A DNA stretch of 39,773 nucleotides, taken from IMG/VR virus record IMGVR_UViG_3300031260_000014, positions 1 through 39,773 of that record. One strand, given 5' to 3'. Below are positions 8,409 to 17,924 of this stretch, one piece after another. Source of the DNA: a virus (taxonomy: Duplodnaviria; Caudoviricetes). Within the stretch, counting starts at the first letter, position 1. Each line of letters begins with the position of its first letter. A program made the translations under genes and the position numbers. The notes beneath the pieces were generated by a model, which was given only the letters and a program-made list of their open reading frames with translations, did not search any database and was not told the DNA's origin.

Positions 8409-8615
8409 ATGATTAAGAAAGATTGTTATGGATTTAATAGAGTGGGAAGTTGCAGTGCATTATCAGAGCAGGTTTGTAAATATGGAGAATGTGATTTTTA
8501 TAAACCGTTAGAAAAATACATTAGAGATATAAAAGCAAATTTAGACAACACTACAAATCCAGATTATATTAAGTGTTTGGAGGCGATTATAGAAGATGCG
8601 GAGGCAAAACTATGA
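8409..8615 (+). CDS. Cys-rich hypothetical protein
   Basis: ORF 8397..8615; ATG 8409 after GGAGG; DC..C.AL...C...CDFYK. Confidence 0.7.
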   Translation: MIKKDCYGFNRVGSCSALSEQVCKYGECDFYKPLEKYIRDIKANLDNTTNPDYIKCLEAIIEDAEAKL

Positions 8616-8701
8616 TTTACTATATTTTATTAGGATTAGCAATTGCCGCAATTGGAGTTCTTATTGAGAGTATTGTAAGAGAAAATTTTAAAAAGTTTTA
8701 A
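8612..8701 (+). CDS. 29-aa single-TM peptide (not in ORF track)
   Basis: GGAGG RBS; MIYYILLGLAIAAIGVLIESIVRENFKKF. Confidence 0.55.
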   Translation: MIYYILLGLAIAAIGVLIESIVRENFKKF

Positions 8702-8709
8702 TAAAACAC

Positions 8710-8738
8710 TTGACAAATACTAAAAAGTATGCTATAAT
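8710..8738 (+). promoter_or_regulatory. sigma-A consensus promoter
   Basis: TTGACA-17-TATAAT with extended TG. Confidence 0.85.
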
Positions 8739-8768
8739 GTACCTATAATAACAAAGGAGGTCATTAAA

Positions 8769-9584
8769 ATGACAAATTTAGAAAAGTATATCGTAAGCCT
8801 GAAGGCAGACAAAAAATCATTAAATACAATTGTAGCATACTCAAAAGATATTCAGCAGATGTTGGATTTTGTTAAAAAAGACGAGACAGAGATTGAGTAT
8901 ATGGATTTAGTATTATGGAAGGAATCTATCTCAGAACTGTCCAGTGCAAGTGTTGCTAGAAAAATCGTATCGGTTAGACATTACCTTGAGTTTCTTGTAG
9001 ATATTGATATTATCGCCAAGAATCCTGCAAAGAAACTTAAAGCACCTAAGATTAACAATAAAGAAAAAGATTACATTACAAAAGAAGAAGTGTTGACCAT
9101 GATTGAAAATGGCAAAAATCCAAGAGACAAAGCGATTATTGCCACATATCTTTCTACTGGACTTCGTGTATCTGAACTTATTGGATTAAATCTTAGTGAC
9201 CTTGACAGTGAAAAATCTATTATCAATACAAAAGGTAATAAAGATAGAATCATTTTTATTAATGAAGATTGTAAAAAGTTAATTGACGACTATATCAAAG
9301 TCAGAAAAGACGGATGTGATAACCTATTTGTATCTAATCAGGGGACACCAATGGATAGAGTATGTATCAGTCGTATGCTCAAAGTTGTTGCTAAGAGAAG
9401 TGGTATTAACAAAGATATTAGCAACCATAGTTTAAGACATAGTTTCGTCAGTACAATTGCTGAAGAGCATGGCGTTGAGGTTGCTAGAGTTGCAGTAGGG
9501 CATCGTGATTTATCCACCACCCAACGCTATACACATACACAAGAAGCGACTATTAAAAATGTTATGTTAGGGTTTAAATTATAA
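8769..9584 (+). CDS. XerC/XerD-like tyrosine recombinase
   Basis: N-terminal SAM-like core-binding region; catalytic TGLRVSEL, KG.K.R, HSLRH, GH, TTQRY. Confidence 0.9.
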   Translation: MTNLEKYIVSLKADKKSLNTIVAYSKDIQQMLDFVKKDETEIEYMDLVLWKESISELSSASVARKIVSVRHYLEFLVDIDIIAKNPAKKLKAPKINNKEKDYITKEEVLTMIENGKNPRDKAIIATYLSTGLRVSELIGLNLSDLDSEKSIINTKGNKDRIIFINEDCKKLIDDYIKVRKDGCDNLFVSNQGTPMDRVCISRMLKVVAKRSGINKDISNHSLRHSFVSTIAEEHGVEVARVAVGHRDLSTTQRYTHTQEATIKNVMLGFKL

Positions 9585-9594
9585 GGAGATTAAA

Positions 9595-9852
9595 ATGGAA
9601 AAATTTATGAAGATTTTTAGAAGGATTTTTGATGCTGTATTGCTTGTTATTTTTGGTATTCATTACTGGAACGATAGTGTGTCTGGGATGATTTTTATCG
9701 GAACGTTGCTTATTGCAAACTTACTGTTTGAGGCTATTGATAGTATTGATTGTTTAAGAAATCTCAAAGACGTTAACATTGAAAATGTAACATATCACGA
9801 ATCATCAGATAAAGTTGATATCGGTCATGTCAGTGAATTAAAAAGGAGATAA
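9595..9852 (+). CDS. small membrane protein
   Basis: two hydrophobic segments; AAGGAG RBS. Confidence 0.7.
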   Translation: MEKFMKIFRRIFDAVLLVIFGIHYWNDSVSGMIFIGTLLIANLLFEAIDSIDCLRNLKDVNIENVTYHESSDKVDIGHVSELKRR

Positions 9853-9855
9853 ATT

Positions 9856-10302
9856 ATGAATGATAGTTATATGTCAACCAAAGTATTTCTCGACAAAGTA
9901 TATGAATACGGATTCCAAGAAGCACTCGATAACATTCTTGGTCAAACAATTAAAACTGTTAATACCTCAAAGGAGAAGCCTATGGAAATTAAAGATATTA
10001 AAGCGGGATATTTGGTAGAGTTCATGTCTGGTGACTTAGCATTAGCAGTACCAAATGAACTTGACGACATTATGTTTGTTTATAGTGATGGATATTGTAT
10101 TTCAAGTGCAAGAGATTATGATAGTATTTATGATATTGATGAAAACCCGGAATATAATATTGTTAAGGTTTATAGTGCTATTAAGGGTTATCAGTGTTTG
10201 TTTCCACTAAGCAAAGATAGGCGTGATTTGTTGTGGAGCAGAGAGATTAAACTAAACTGTGAAGACTGCCCACATATGAAGGAATATAAAAGGAGTTTAT
10301 AA
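9856..10302 (+). CDS. hypothetical phage protein
   Basis: AAGGAG RBS; NIVKVY...LLW.R motif. Confidence 0.7.
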   Translation: MNDSYMSTKVFLDKVYEYGFQEALDNILGQTIKTVNTSKEKPMEIKDIKAGYLVEFMSGDLALAVPNELDDIMFVYSDGYCISSARDYDSIYDIDENPEYNIVKVYSAIKGYQCLFPLSKDRRDLLWSREIKLNCEDCPHMKEYKRSL

Positions 10303-10922
10303 TGAAAGATATTTTACTAAAATTTTTAGTATTAATATCTACAATATTATTATCCATACATCCTAGCCCCGAACCAGTAGAACAGACACCAGAGCAGTCT
10401 TATGAGCCTGTTTTAGCCCCGTACAGCGAGGATAATACAGAAGTCGAACAAGTAGTTGAAGAAGATATTAAACAGGCTGAAACAGTCCCAAATATAAGCA
10501 GAGGTACTGAACGCAAGTTGCCCAATGTATCCGGCTCATTCAAAACATATATGGATTATAGAACTATTACAAATACAAATAGCACACAATGGTATATGCA
10601 ACAGGCGGCATGGACTGCACCAAATGGTATTAGGTGCTATGGCGACAGATATATGGTAGCAATGGGGACGTATTATTCTGAACAATGTGGAGATAAGTTT
10701 GATATCACTCTTAGCACTGGACAGGTGATTAATGTGATTATTGGGGATATTAAAGCAGATATTCATACCGACCCAAACAATATGTATATTGAACATAATC
10801 AGAATATTGTGGAGTTTATTGTAGATGTTGATGTATTAAATCCGCTATCACAACAAATGGGAGATGTTTCGTACAGTGGGCTTGAAGGGGATATTATTAG
10901 CATAGTTAAGGTGGAGGAATAA
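10302..10922 (+). CDS. secreted or membrane-anchored protein, possible 3D/DPBB-like cell-wall enzyme
   Basis: signal-peptide-like N-terminus, Pro/Glu-rich linker, SRG, then FKTYMDYR...VAMGTYY...GDIKAD domain. Confidence 0.5.
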   Translation: MKDILLKFLVLISTILLSIHPSPEPVEQTPEQSYEPVLAPYSEDNTEVEQVVEEDIKQAETVPNISRGTERKLPNVSGSFKTYMDYRTITNTNSTQWYMQQAAWTAPNGIRCYGDRYMVAMGTYYSEQCGDKFDITLSTGQVINVIIGDIKADIHTDPNNMYIEHNQNIVEFIVDVDVLNPLSQQMGDVSYSGLEGDIISIVKVEE

Positions 10923-11345
10923 ATGTCAAAATTATTATGTTTAAGCTGTGGAGAGATATATGATAAAGATTTAATATCATTAACACCAAATGAATATTCT
11001 TTTTGCCCTAAATCATCATGTATTGGCGAGGTTATTGAGGTGGACGACATGATTCTTCACACTATAAAAATCCTCAATGAAAAAGGTTATTCTACAAAAT
11101 ATTGTTGTAGCGGTCATGCGGAGAGCAAACCTCCAAACGGATACATTATGTTTGAGGATTTTATAAATTTAGAATCATGTCCAGAAAGATTTCAAATAGA
11201 AGACAGATATGGTTCAACAGTTATTCATTCAACTTTTGAATCAGTGGACTACTATGTTGATTCTCAGAATATTTTTAAAGATATGATTGTGTTATTGGGT
11301 TGGGCTAATGATTTAAACCATTACGCTGAGGATATGGAGGAATAA
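10923..11345 (+). CDS. hypothetical protein with Zn ribbon and LNxKGYxTxxCCSGH motif
   Basis: CLSC...CPKSSC; LNEKGYSTKYCCSGH. Confidence 0.7.
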   Translation: MSKLLCLSCGEIYDKDLISLTPNEYSFCPKSSCIGEVIEVDDMILHTIKILNEKGYSTKYCCSGHAESKPPNGYIMFEDFINLESCPERFQIEDRYGSTVIHSTFESVDYYVDSQNIFKDMIVLLGWANDLNHYAEDMEE

Positions 11346-11346
11346 A

Positions 11347-11685
11347 ATGAAAACATATGAGATGTATGCCAAAGCAATTGAAGATGGAAAAACTTATCGT
11401 GCAAGCGATATGTTTTATAACAATGTCAAAGGATTCCATGATGATGAGAACAGAACTTGGACATGGGATGCTTATAGCCACCATAGAGACGGATATGAGG
11501 CGTTTTTAAATGAAGATGGTTGGGAAGAGGTTGTTGAGAAGAGATTGTTTACGCTAGAAGAGATTAAAAAATATCTTCTAGAATTTAAGGATGAGTATTT
11601 TGTTACTCAAAACACCCAATCAAGCATAATTAGAAATGCTGATGATATTTCAAGATTTATTTTTAGCAAAGGCAGGAGGTTTTAA
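11347..11685 (+). CDS. hypothetical protein
   Basis: GGAGG RBS. Confidence 0.7.
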   Translation: MKTYEMYAKAIEDGKTYRASDMFYNNVKGFHDDENRTWTWDAYSHHRDGYEAFLNEDGWEEVVEKRLFTLEEIKKYLLEFKDEYFVTQNTQSSIIRNADDISRFIFSKGRRF

Positions 11686-12267
11686 ATGAAGGTATCAAAC
11701 GTAGAAATTATGGGTTTAGACAGTAGTATTAAGGCATCAAAATATCCTATGGCAATTGATACTGATGTTTGCACGAACGAGGTCACAAAGACGACTGTTA
11801 AATTGGCACAAAGTGGAAAAGGTGAAGGGCATGACCAATTTTTAACTGGAATTGTCGTAAGTTTTGACCTCAGATGTTCTAATAAAATGTGGGTTGAATT
11901 AGAAAGATATAGATTTATCAACTTTGTATCGTCTCAATCTACAATGCACAGGATTACTAAATTAGACATCAGACAGCAATGCAACGACTATGTATGGGAC
12001 TCTACTATTGATAAACTTGAGGGTGCGGTTAGGGTTTATAACCAAATGGCAACCATGAATCTTAATCCAGACGTTATAAAAGATAAATATTTAGAAATCT
12101 TATACAACGTGCCTAGCGGGTTTGAATTAACCGCAAGACTCACTGCAAATTACAGGGCGTTGAAAACCGTATATTCGCAGAGGCATCAGCATAAACTCCC
12201 TGAGTGGCGAGAGTTTTGCGAATGGATTAAAACGTTGCCAATGGCAGAAGATTTAATTGTGAGGTGA
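11686..12267 (+). CDS. divergent ThyX-like (flavin-dependent thymidylate synthase fold) protein
   Basis: GH.xFL..I.V.F, ELERYRF....SSQSTMH (variant of RHRxxSxxxxSxR), NYRAL...QR..H.L.EW. Confidence 0.55.
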   Translation: MKVSNVEIMGLDSSIKASKYPMAIDTDVCTNEVTKTTVKLAQSGKGEGHDQFLTGIVVSFDLRCSNKMWVELERYRFINFVSSQSTMHRITKLDIRQQCNDYVWDSTIDKLEGAVRVYNQMATMNLNPDVIKDKYLEILYNVPSGFELTARLTANYRALKTVYSQRHQHKLPEWREFCEWIKTLPMAEDLIVR

Positions 12268-12272
12268 TTAAT

Positions 12273-12353
12273 ATGAAAGACCCATGCCCGACTTGTCCAT
12301 ATAGGTTCTCATGTACAAAACCATGTGTAGTTAAAGAGATTAGTTTAAAATAG
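12273..12353 (+). CDS. 26-aa Cys-rich peptide (not in ORF track)
   Basis: GAGGTG RBS; MKDPCPTCPYRFSCTKPC... Confidence 0.4.
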   Translation: MKDPCPTCPYRFSCTKPCVVKEISLK

Positions 12354-12366
12354 AAAGGATAATATT

Positions 12367-12585
12367 ATGCCAAAATTAGAAGATTGGGCTATGGATGATT
12401 TAAGAGCATATGGAAAAGTTTACAACGACGACAGATTTAAAGATGGTACAAGTGTTTCAACATCAATTGTCAAAGAGGTTGATTTTCAAACTAAAAGATT
12501 GTATACAATGAACACAATGTACGACTTAGGAGAGCCGACTGAAGGTTATAAAAAATATCTTGAATCAATTGGAATTGAATTTTAA
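12367..12585 (+). CDS. conserved phage hypothetical protein
   Basis: L.DW...GKVY.D.RF.DG..V.TS...T.NT.Y.LG pattern. Confidence 0.75.
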   Translation: MPKLEDWAMDDLRAYGKVYNDDRFKDGTSVSTSIVKEVDFQTKRLYTMNTMYDLGEPTEGYKKYLESIGIEF

Positions 12586-12593
12586 AAAAATAC

Positions 12594-12622
12594 TTGACAA
12601 ACTATAAAAAGTATGTTATAAT
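12594..12622 (+). promoter_or_regulatory. sigma-A consensus promoter
   Basis: TTGACA-17-TATAAT with extended TG. Confidence 0.85.
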
Positions 12623-12662
12623 ACAATTATGTTAGTTTTTAAAAGTAAATAGGAGGAATTAA

Positions 12663-13907
12663 ATGGCAAAATTTTATAACACGTTTGAATTTATTGGAGA
12701 TGTCCAGACAGCAAAGGACAAGACCAAGATTGTCTCTGTTACAATGAACAAAGACAAAACATGGGAAACCACTAAGGTTACTATGGGAATTAAAAAGGAG
12801 CAGACAAATTCTGTATTCCTTGATGTTAAAGCGGGTGCAAGACCTGATGGTTCTAGTCTTGTATATGCTATGGGCGTTGATGGTACAACTATGAAGATTC
12901 CGTTTAAAGACAGAAAAAATCCTGCATATCTTGACCTTGTAGCAGATTTTTCTAAGTATGTTGTTGACTTTGAGACAGACGAAGATATTAAGTCCGAATA
13001 TACTAAACTGCGATTCCAGATTAGTAATATCCAGAAAAAGATTAAAGAAGGAACCGCTACTGACGAAGACAAGACAAATATTGTCGAATATCGCCAGAAG
13101 TATAAAGAACTCGCAACAAATAGACATGAGTTTATTTCTCAGTTGGATTTCGTAGAATTTATTGGTACTAATATGGATACCCTTAAAGAGCATAGGGTTA
13201 AGGTGCGTGGAAATTATTCTCCGTCATATTCCAACGGCAAGAGTTATCTGTCTTATGAGCCTAGAAGTATTGAAATTGCTAGAGAGGAAGAGGCAAATAA
13301 ACTTGAGGTGCATCTTGGATTCTTCTTTGGTAGAGATTCTATTACTGTAGAAGATGATGTTATGTTCTTTGATGGATATGTTCTGAGCAGAGACAGTTAT
13401 GCAGGGGCAGATAGATATTTTAGAACACGACTTGTGTCTAAAAATACTGCCGCATTTGATGCTTTTAAGACATTCTTAGGCACAAAGGAAAAGACATATC
13501 AGCAGTTGGCGGTGGTGTGCGAAGCATACAATGGTGCTAATCAGAAGGAATTTACCGAAGATGATTTGACAGATGCACAAAAGATGGCAGTATCTCTTGG
13601 TATGGCTACCGTGGAGTCTTTTAGACCCGCAGGCGGATTCGTGCTTGGCAACAATATCTCTGAAATGAGATTAATGATGCCATTACTCAAGGGGGATTTT
13701 GCAAGTGGTGCTATTGATACTGGCATGAAGGAAGAAGAGATTCTTGAACTTATTGCTAAGGGTATTAAAGAAGAAAAAACCACAGCAGAACAGGATAAAA
13801 TTATTGCTGAGAGTTTTGGTGCAAAAGCAGACGATACACCGCCGTTTGAACCAGATACTACTGGTGTGACCGCACAGGATATTGAAGATATTTTTGGTGG
13901 AATGTAA
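12663..13907 (+). CDS. putative phage single-stranded DNA-binding protein
   Basis: N-terminal FEFIG OB-like pattern, acidic tail (DDTPPF...EDIF), directly upstream of Sak4-like ATPase. Confidence 0.55.
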   Translation: MAKFYNTFEFIGDVQTAKDKTKIVSVTMNKDKTWETTKVTMGIKKEQTNSVFLDVKAGARPDGSSLVYAMGVDGTTMKIPFKDRKNPAYLDLVADFSKYVVDFETDEDIKSEYTKLRFQISNIQKKIKEGTATDEDKTNIVEYRQKYKELATNRHEFISQLDFVEFIGTNMDTLKEHRVKVRGNYSPSYSNGKSYLSYEPRSIEIAREEEANKLEVHLGFFFGRDSITVEDDVMFFDGYVLSRDSYAGADRYFRTRLVSKNTAAFDAFKTFLGTKEKTYQQLAVVCEAYNGANQKEFTEDDLTDAQKMAVSLGMATVESFRPAGGFVLGNNISEMRLMMPLLKGDFASGAIDTGMKEEEILELIAKGIKEEKTTAEQDKIIAESFGAKADDTPPFEPDTTGVTAQDIEDIFGGM

Positions 13908-13917
13908 GGAGGACTAA

Positions 13918-15012
13918 ATGGCACGAAGAGGAAAAGTAAACGAACTAAAGGTAGATTTAACTAATTATGATTATTTTCTTAATGGAGAGGGTTCAATTGG
14001 CAAGACGACTCTTGCCTTTGAACTTGGCAAAAAGATTGCAGGTCATAACGAAGGTTCATTCATCTTGACAATTGGTGAAGAACCTACACCTGACCACTTA
14101 AACGGTGCGTTGTTTGATAAGGCAAAATCTTGGGCAGATTTGGAAGATATCAAAGAAGATTTGATTGTCAACAGAAAGGAATATCCACATACTAAATTCG
14201 TAGTATTTGATAGTTTCGATGAATTTTGTCGCCTCGCAGAAGAGGAAGTTGTTCGGCTAAACAATAAAGAGAATCCCGACAAGAGGGTGTCCACTATTAA
14301 ATCTGCGTTTGGTGGCTATCAGGCAGGCGAGAACAAAGCACTTGAAATGATGCTAAAATTCACTGGTGAACTTAAAGATGCAGGATATACAAGATTCTAT
14401 ATCGGGCATACTAAGGAGAAAAACAAAAAAGACCTTATCACAGATATTGAATATGCTGTTATTACCAATAACGTTGCCGCTAAATATTATGATTCTTTCA
14501 AGCATAAGGTTGCAATTGCGTGTGTTGCTTATACAGAACGAGATATGACAAATATTGAAACTGTTAAGGACGCATTTACAAAAGGAACTAAACAGGTTGG
14601 GGATATCATCGGCAAGAAGCGGGTTATTGTATTTAGAGACGACGATAACGTTATTGATACTAAATGTTACTTCAAACATATTCAGCCTAAAATCGACTTT
14701 AGCACTGATAACTTTATCAAAGCAATTGAAGATGCTATTAAGGCTGAAATGGAAGAGGCGACTGGCAAGCCTGTCACTGATAAAGAAGTGGAAAAGATTG
14801 CTAAAAAACAGACCGCTGAGCGTGAGGCACAGGCAGAAAAAGTTATTGAAGCAACCGCAACCAAATCTTTATTAGATAAAATTATCGCCAATAAAGATAT
14901 GCTTGATATGGTTCAGGTTAAGGCTATTATGGATGAATTTGGAATTGCAAAACTTGCAGACGAGAACGCACCCAAAGAGATGTATGACAAGATTCTAGCA
15001 ACATTAGGCTAA
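13918..15012 (+). CDS. Sak4-like / AAA_24 P-loop ATPase (ssDNA annealing)
   Basis: Walker A GEGSIGKT, Walker B VVFDS, FGGY..G, IGH. Confidence 0.75.
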   Translation: MARRGKVNELKVDLTNYDYFLNGEGSIGKTTLAFELGKKIAGHNEGSFILTIGEEPTPDHLNGALFDKAKSWADLEDIKEDLIVNRKEYPHTKFVVFDSFDEFCRLAEEEVVRLNNKENPDKRVSTIKSAFGGYQAGENKALEMMLKFTGELKDAGYTRFYIGHTKEKNKKDLITDIEYAVITNNVAAKYYDSFKHKVAIACVAYTERDMTNIETVKDAFTKGTKQVGDIIGKKRVIVFRDDDNVIDTKCYFKHIQPKIDFSTDNFIKAIEDAIKAEMEEATGKPVTDKEVEKIAKKQTAEREAQAEKVIEATATKSLLDKIIANKDMLDMVQVKAIMDEFGIAKLADENAPKEMYDKILATLG

Positions 15013-15021
15013 TATTATATG

Positions 15022-15053
15022 AAAGGGGAGGCACAATCCTCCCCTCCCCTTTT
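15022..15053 (+). terminator. intrinsic terminator
   Basis: AAAGGGGAGG pairs with CCTCCCCTTT (two registers possible), followed by T run. Confidence 0.7.
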
Positions 15054-15077
15054 AAAAAAACTAGATTAGGAGACTTT

Positions 15078-15305
15078 ATGATAAATTTTATTTTAGGGAT
15101 TATGTTTATGGCTGTAGCGTTGCCAGTGTTAGATAAGTTGGTTGAGTTGTTTCAAACAGCATTAAACGTTAAAATTTCAGACATAAATGTAGGTATTCAG
15201 CAAAACAATGTCGATATTCAATCTATGGGATTGCCAGAACAGCATACTAGTGCAATAGGATTTATGGTTCAAAGCGAAGAGGAGGAATATGACGATTATG
15301 AATAG
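15078..15305 (+). CDS. small membrane protein
   Basis: hydrophobic N-terminus, AIGF motif, acidic tail. Confidence 0.7.
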   Translation: MINFILGIMFMAVALPVLDKLVELFQTALNVKISDINVGIQQNNVDIQSMGLPEQHTSAIGFMVQSEEEEYDDYE

Positions 15306-16719
15306 TAAAGCACTTAAAAAACCATATATTGAATTTGTCGGACAAAGCGGAAATGATGTTACGGGCAGTTCTTATTTAGTTAAATATAATGAATATCAGA
15401 TACTTGTTGATTATGGTTTATATCAGTCGAATAATCTGATTGATGATTATAAAACTAATAAGACTAGACATAAATCACTTAAACCTAAGCAGTTAGATTT
15501 TGTGTTTGCATCTCACCAACACATAGACCATATAGGCAAACTACCTGAACTCTATAAAAACGGCTGTACGGCTCCATTATACACCCCAAAAGGCACTACA
15601 AAGCTAATGAAACTTATGCTTATGGATAGTGCTAAGATTATGGCTACCGAATGTGAGCAGTTAAATACTAAGCATGGAATTAAGGCGACTCCACTTTATG
15701 ACAATGATGATATTATGACAATGTTTGAGTATGTTGTAGAATATAATATTGGCGAGACAGTAGTTATCAACGATACGATTAAGTTTACTACATATAATGC
15801 TAGACATATTCCTAAGTCTGTTCAGATTTTATTAGAGTTAAATAACAGTATTAACGGCAAAAAGATTTTATTCACAGGCGACATTGGTTCTCCAACTGCC
15901 CCATCTCATTATCTTGCAGATTTTGAATGTGTTGAACAGGTAGATTTGGCAATTTGTGAGGCAACTTACTCAGACAATAGACGCAAACACAGCATTAAAG
16001 ACCGACCCAAAGATGTTGATAAACTACATACGGTTATATCTCAAGCAATTGAAAAGAAAGCAAAGGTATTAATTCCAGTATTCAGCCTATCTCGACTCCA
16101 AATGGTATTAACTCTATTATATGAAATGTATGGTAGTAATTTAAGTATTCCAGTTATTATTGACACACCACTAGGCACAAAGATTAGTTCTATGTGGGGA
16201 GATTTAATTGATAAAGATGATGAGTTGTGGTATAAAGTTTACTCTTGGCAGAATATTAAAATTGCACATGAGTATGGTGATAGTAAATATTGGCAAGAAC
16301 TCGACGAACCAATGATTATATTATCAAGTGGCGGGATGTTATCAGCGGGCAGAGCGGTCGGATGGGCTAAAAAGATTGTCAACAATTCTAAGCACCATAT
16401 TTGTTTTTGCGGCTTTGCAGGTCAGAACACATTGGCTCATCAGATTAAAAACCATAAGGAATACCCCTACGTTAATGTTGATGGGGTTAAGTTAAAAAAT
16501 AAATGCAACGTTACAATTTTAAATTCTTTCAGTTCTCATATGTGTTATGAGGAACTAATGGAATATTACTGTAGTATAAACTACCTACAGTTGGTTCTTG
16601 TTCATAGCGAAGATAAATCTAAGATTAAATTTGCAGAAGATTTAAGAGAGAGATTATCTAAAGCAAACAAGACTAGCAAGGTGGTATGCGGTCAAAAGGA
16701 TATGAAGGTGTATTTTTAA
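15289..16719 (+). CDS. metallo-beta-lactamase / beta-CASP nuclease (CPSF73/RNase J superfamily)
   Basis: VTGS, LVDYG, SHQHIDH, TGDIG, EATY, PVFS..R, SSGGM..GR, FSSH, LVH. Confidence 0.85.
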   Translation: MTIMNSKALKKPYIEFVGQSGNDVTGSSYLVKYNEYQILVDYGLYQSNNLIDDYKTNKTRHKSLKPKQLDFVFASHQHIDHIGKLPELYKNGCTAPLYTPKGTTKLMKLMLMDSAKIMATECEQLNTKHGIKATPLYDNDDIMTMFEYVVEYNIGETVVINDTIKFTTYNARHIPKSVQILLELNNSINGKKILFTGDIGSPTAPSHYLADFECVEQVDLAICEATYSDNRRKHSIKDRPKDVDKLHTVISQAIEKKAKVLIPVFSLSRLQMVLTLLYEMYGSNLSIPVIIDTPLGTKISSMWGDLIDKDDELWYKVYSWQNIKIAHEYGDSKYWQELDEPMIILSSGGMLSAGRAVGWAKKIVNNSKHHICFCGFAGQNTLAHQIKNHKEYPYVNVDGVKLKNKCNVTILNSFSSHMCYEELMEYYCSINYLQLVLVHSEDKSKIKFAEDLRERLSKANKTSKVVCGQKDMKVYF

Positions 16720-16743
16720 AAAGTATGAAAGGAGATAAGGAGC

Positions 16744-17214
16744 ATGGGCAGAAAAGCAAAATGTAAGATTTGTGGTACTGAACTTTCAAAGGATAGGTAT
16801 TCTCCTAATGGCAAGGCTCCTTATTATTGTTCTGAGGGAGAATACCTATCCGTATATAAAAATGACGATAAAGATGAGTTATACGCCCTTATACAGCAGA
16901 TTTTTTCGTTCAAAGATAACTTTATACCACCTTTGGTTAAAAAACTTATAAAGGACTTGACAAACACCTACGATTATGGTATAATAAAGGAGTGTTTCAA
17001 GGAACAGCGCAAGTGTATTGAATATTATATCAGCACCAAGCAATTTGAGAATACTTCTCACATGATAAGATATGTATTTGCAATTATTAAAAATACTATT
17101 GCCGATGTTAAGCCAAAAGAGGAGAGAGTTGTGCCAGAGGACAATACTGATGTGGAGTTATTGAACAATATTAAAAGTTGTAGTAGGGTTAAAGATATAA
17201 GTAAGTGGCTATAG
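16744..17214 (+). CDS. Zn-finger replication protein (possible helicase loader/initiator)
   Basis: CKIC...YCS; Y.FAIIKN; located upstream of DnaB. Confidence 0.55.
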   Translation: MGRKAKCKICGTELSKDRYSPNGKAPYYCSEGEYLSVYKNDDKDELYALIQQIFSFKDNFIPPLVKKLIKDLTNTYDYGIIKECFKEQRKCIEYYISTKQFENTSHMIRYVFAIIKNTIADVKPKEERVVPEDNTDVELLNNIKSCSRVKDISKWL

Positions 17215-17228
17215 ATAAGGAGGCAAAG

Positions 17229-17915
17229 TTGTCAAAATTCAAACTTATAAACGGAGATTGTATTGATGTTTTAAATAATATTATCAATACTGGAAATAAA
17301 GTTGATTTAATTGTTACCGACCCTCCTTATAAAACAACATCAAGGGGGTCAAGCGGCGGAACGGGAGGTATGTTAAAAGAGCAATTATTTAAAGATGGAA
17401 TGGTCTTTAAACATAACGATATGGAATTTTCAGATTGGTTATCTGTGTTATTTGAAATCCTTAAAGATGGTGGACACGCATATATAATGACCAATAATAA
17501 AAACTTAAAAAATATGCTTGTTGCTATTGAGGATGCCGGATTTAATATATTTAAAACATTAGTTTGGGCTAAAAATACCGCAATCACAAATATGTATTAC
17601 ATGGATTCACATGAGTATATAATTTTTTGTAGAAAAGGAAAGTCTCAAAAGATAAATAACTGCGGAACTAAAAGTGTATTAAATTTTGACAATCCAAGAG
17701 AAAAACTTCACCCCACAGAAAAACCAGTTGATTTAATGAAGATTTTAATAGATAATTCATCGTCTGAGGGAGAAATTGTTCTTGACCCATTTATGGGCAG
17801 TGGTTCGACAGGGGTGGCTTGTATGCAGTCTAATAGAAATTTTATAGGCATTGAAATAGATGAAAACTACTTTAATATATCAAAACAAAGGATTGAAGAT
17901 TCTATAGCAAGATAA
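17229..17915 (+). CDS. orphan amino-DNA methyltransferase (N6-A/N4-C, beta order)
   Basis: DPPY before HPTEKP and DPFMGSGST; TTG start at 17229 after AAGGAGG. Confidence 0.9.
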   Translation: MSKFKLINGDCIDVLNNIINTGNKVDLIVTDPPYKTTSRGSSGGTGGMLKEQLFKDGMVFKHNDMEFSDWLSVLFEILKDGGHAYIMTNNKNLKNMLVAIEDAGFNIFKTLVWAKNTAITNMYYMDSHEYIIFCRKGKSQKINNCGTKSVLNFDNPREKLHPTEKPVDLMKILIDNSSSEGEIVLDPFMGSGSTGVACMQSNRNFIGIEIDENYFNISKQRIEDSIAR

Positions 17916-17924
17916 GGAGGCAAA

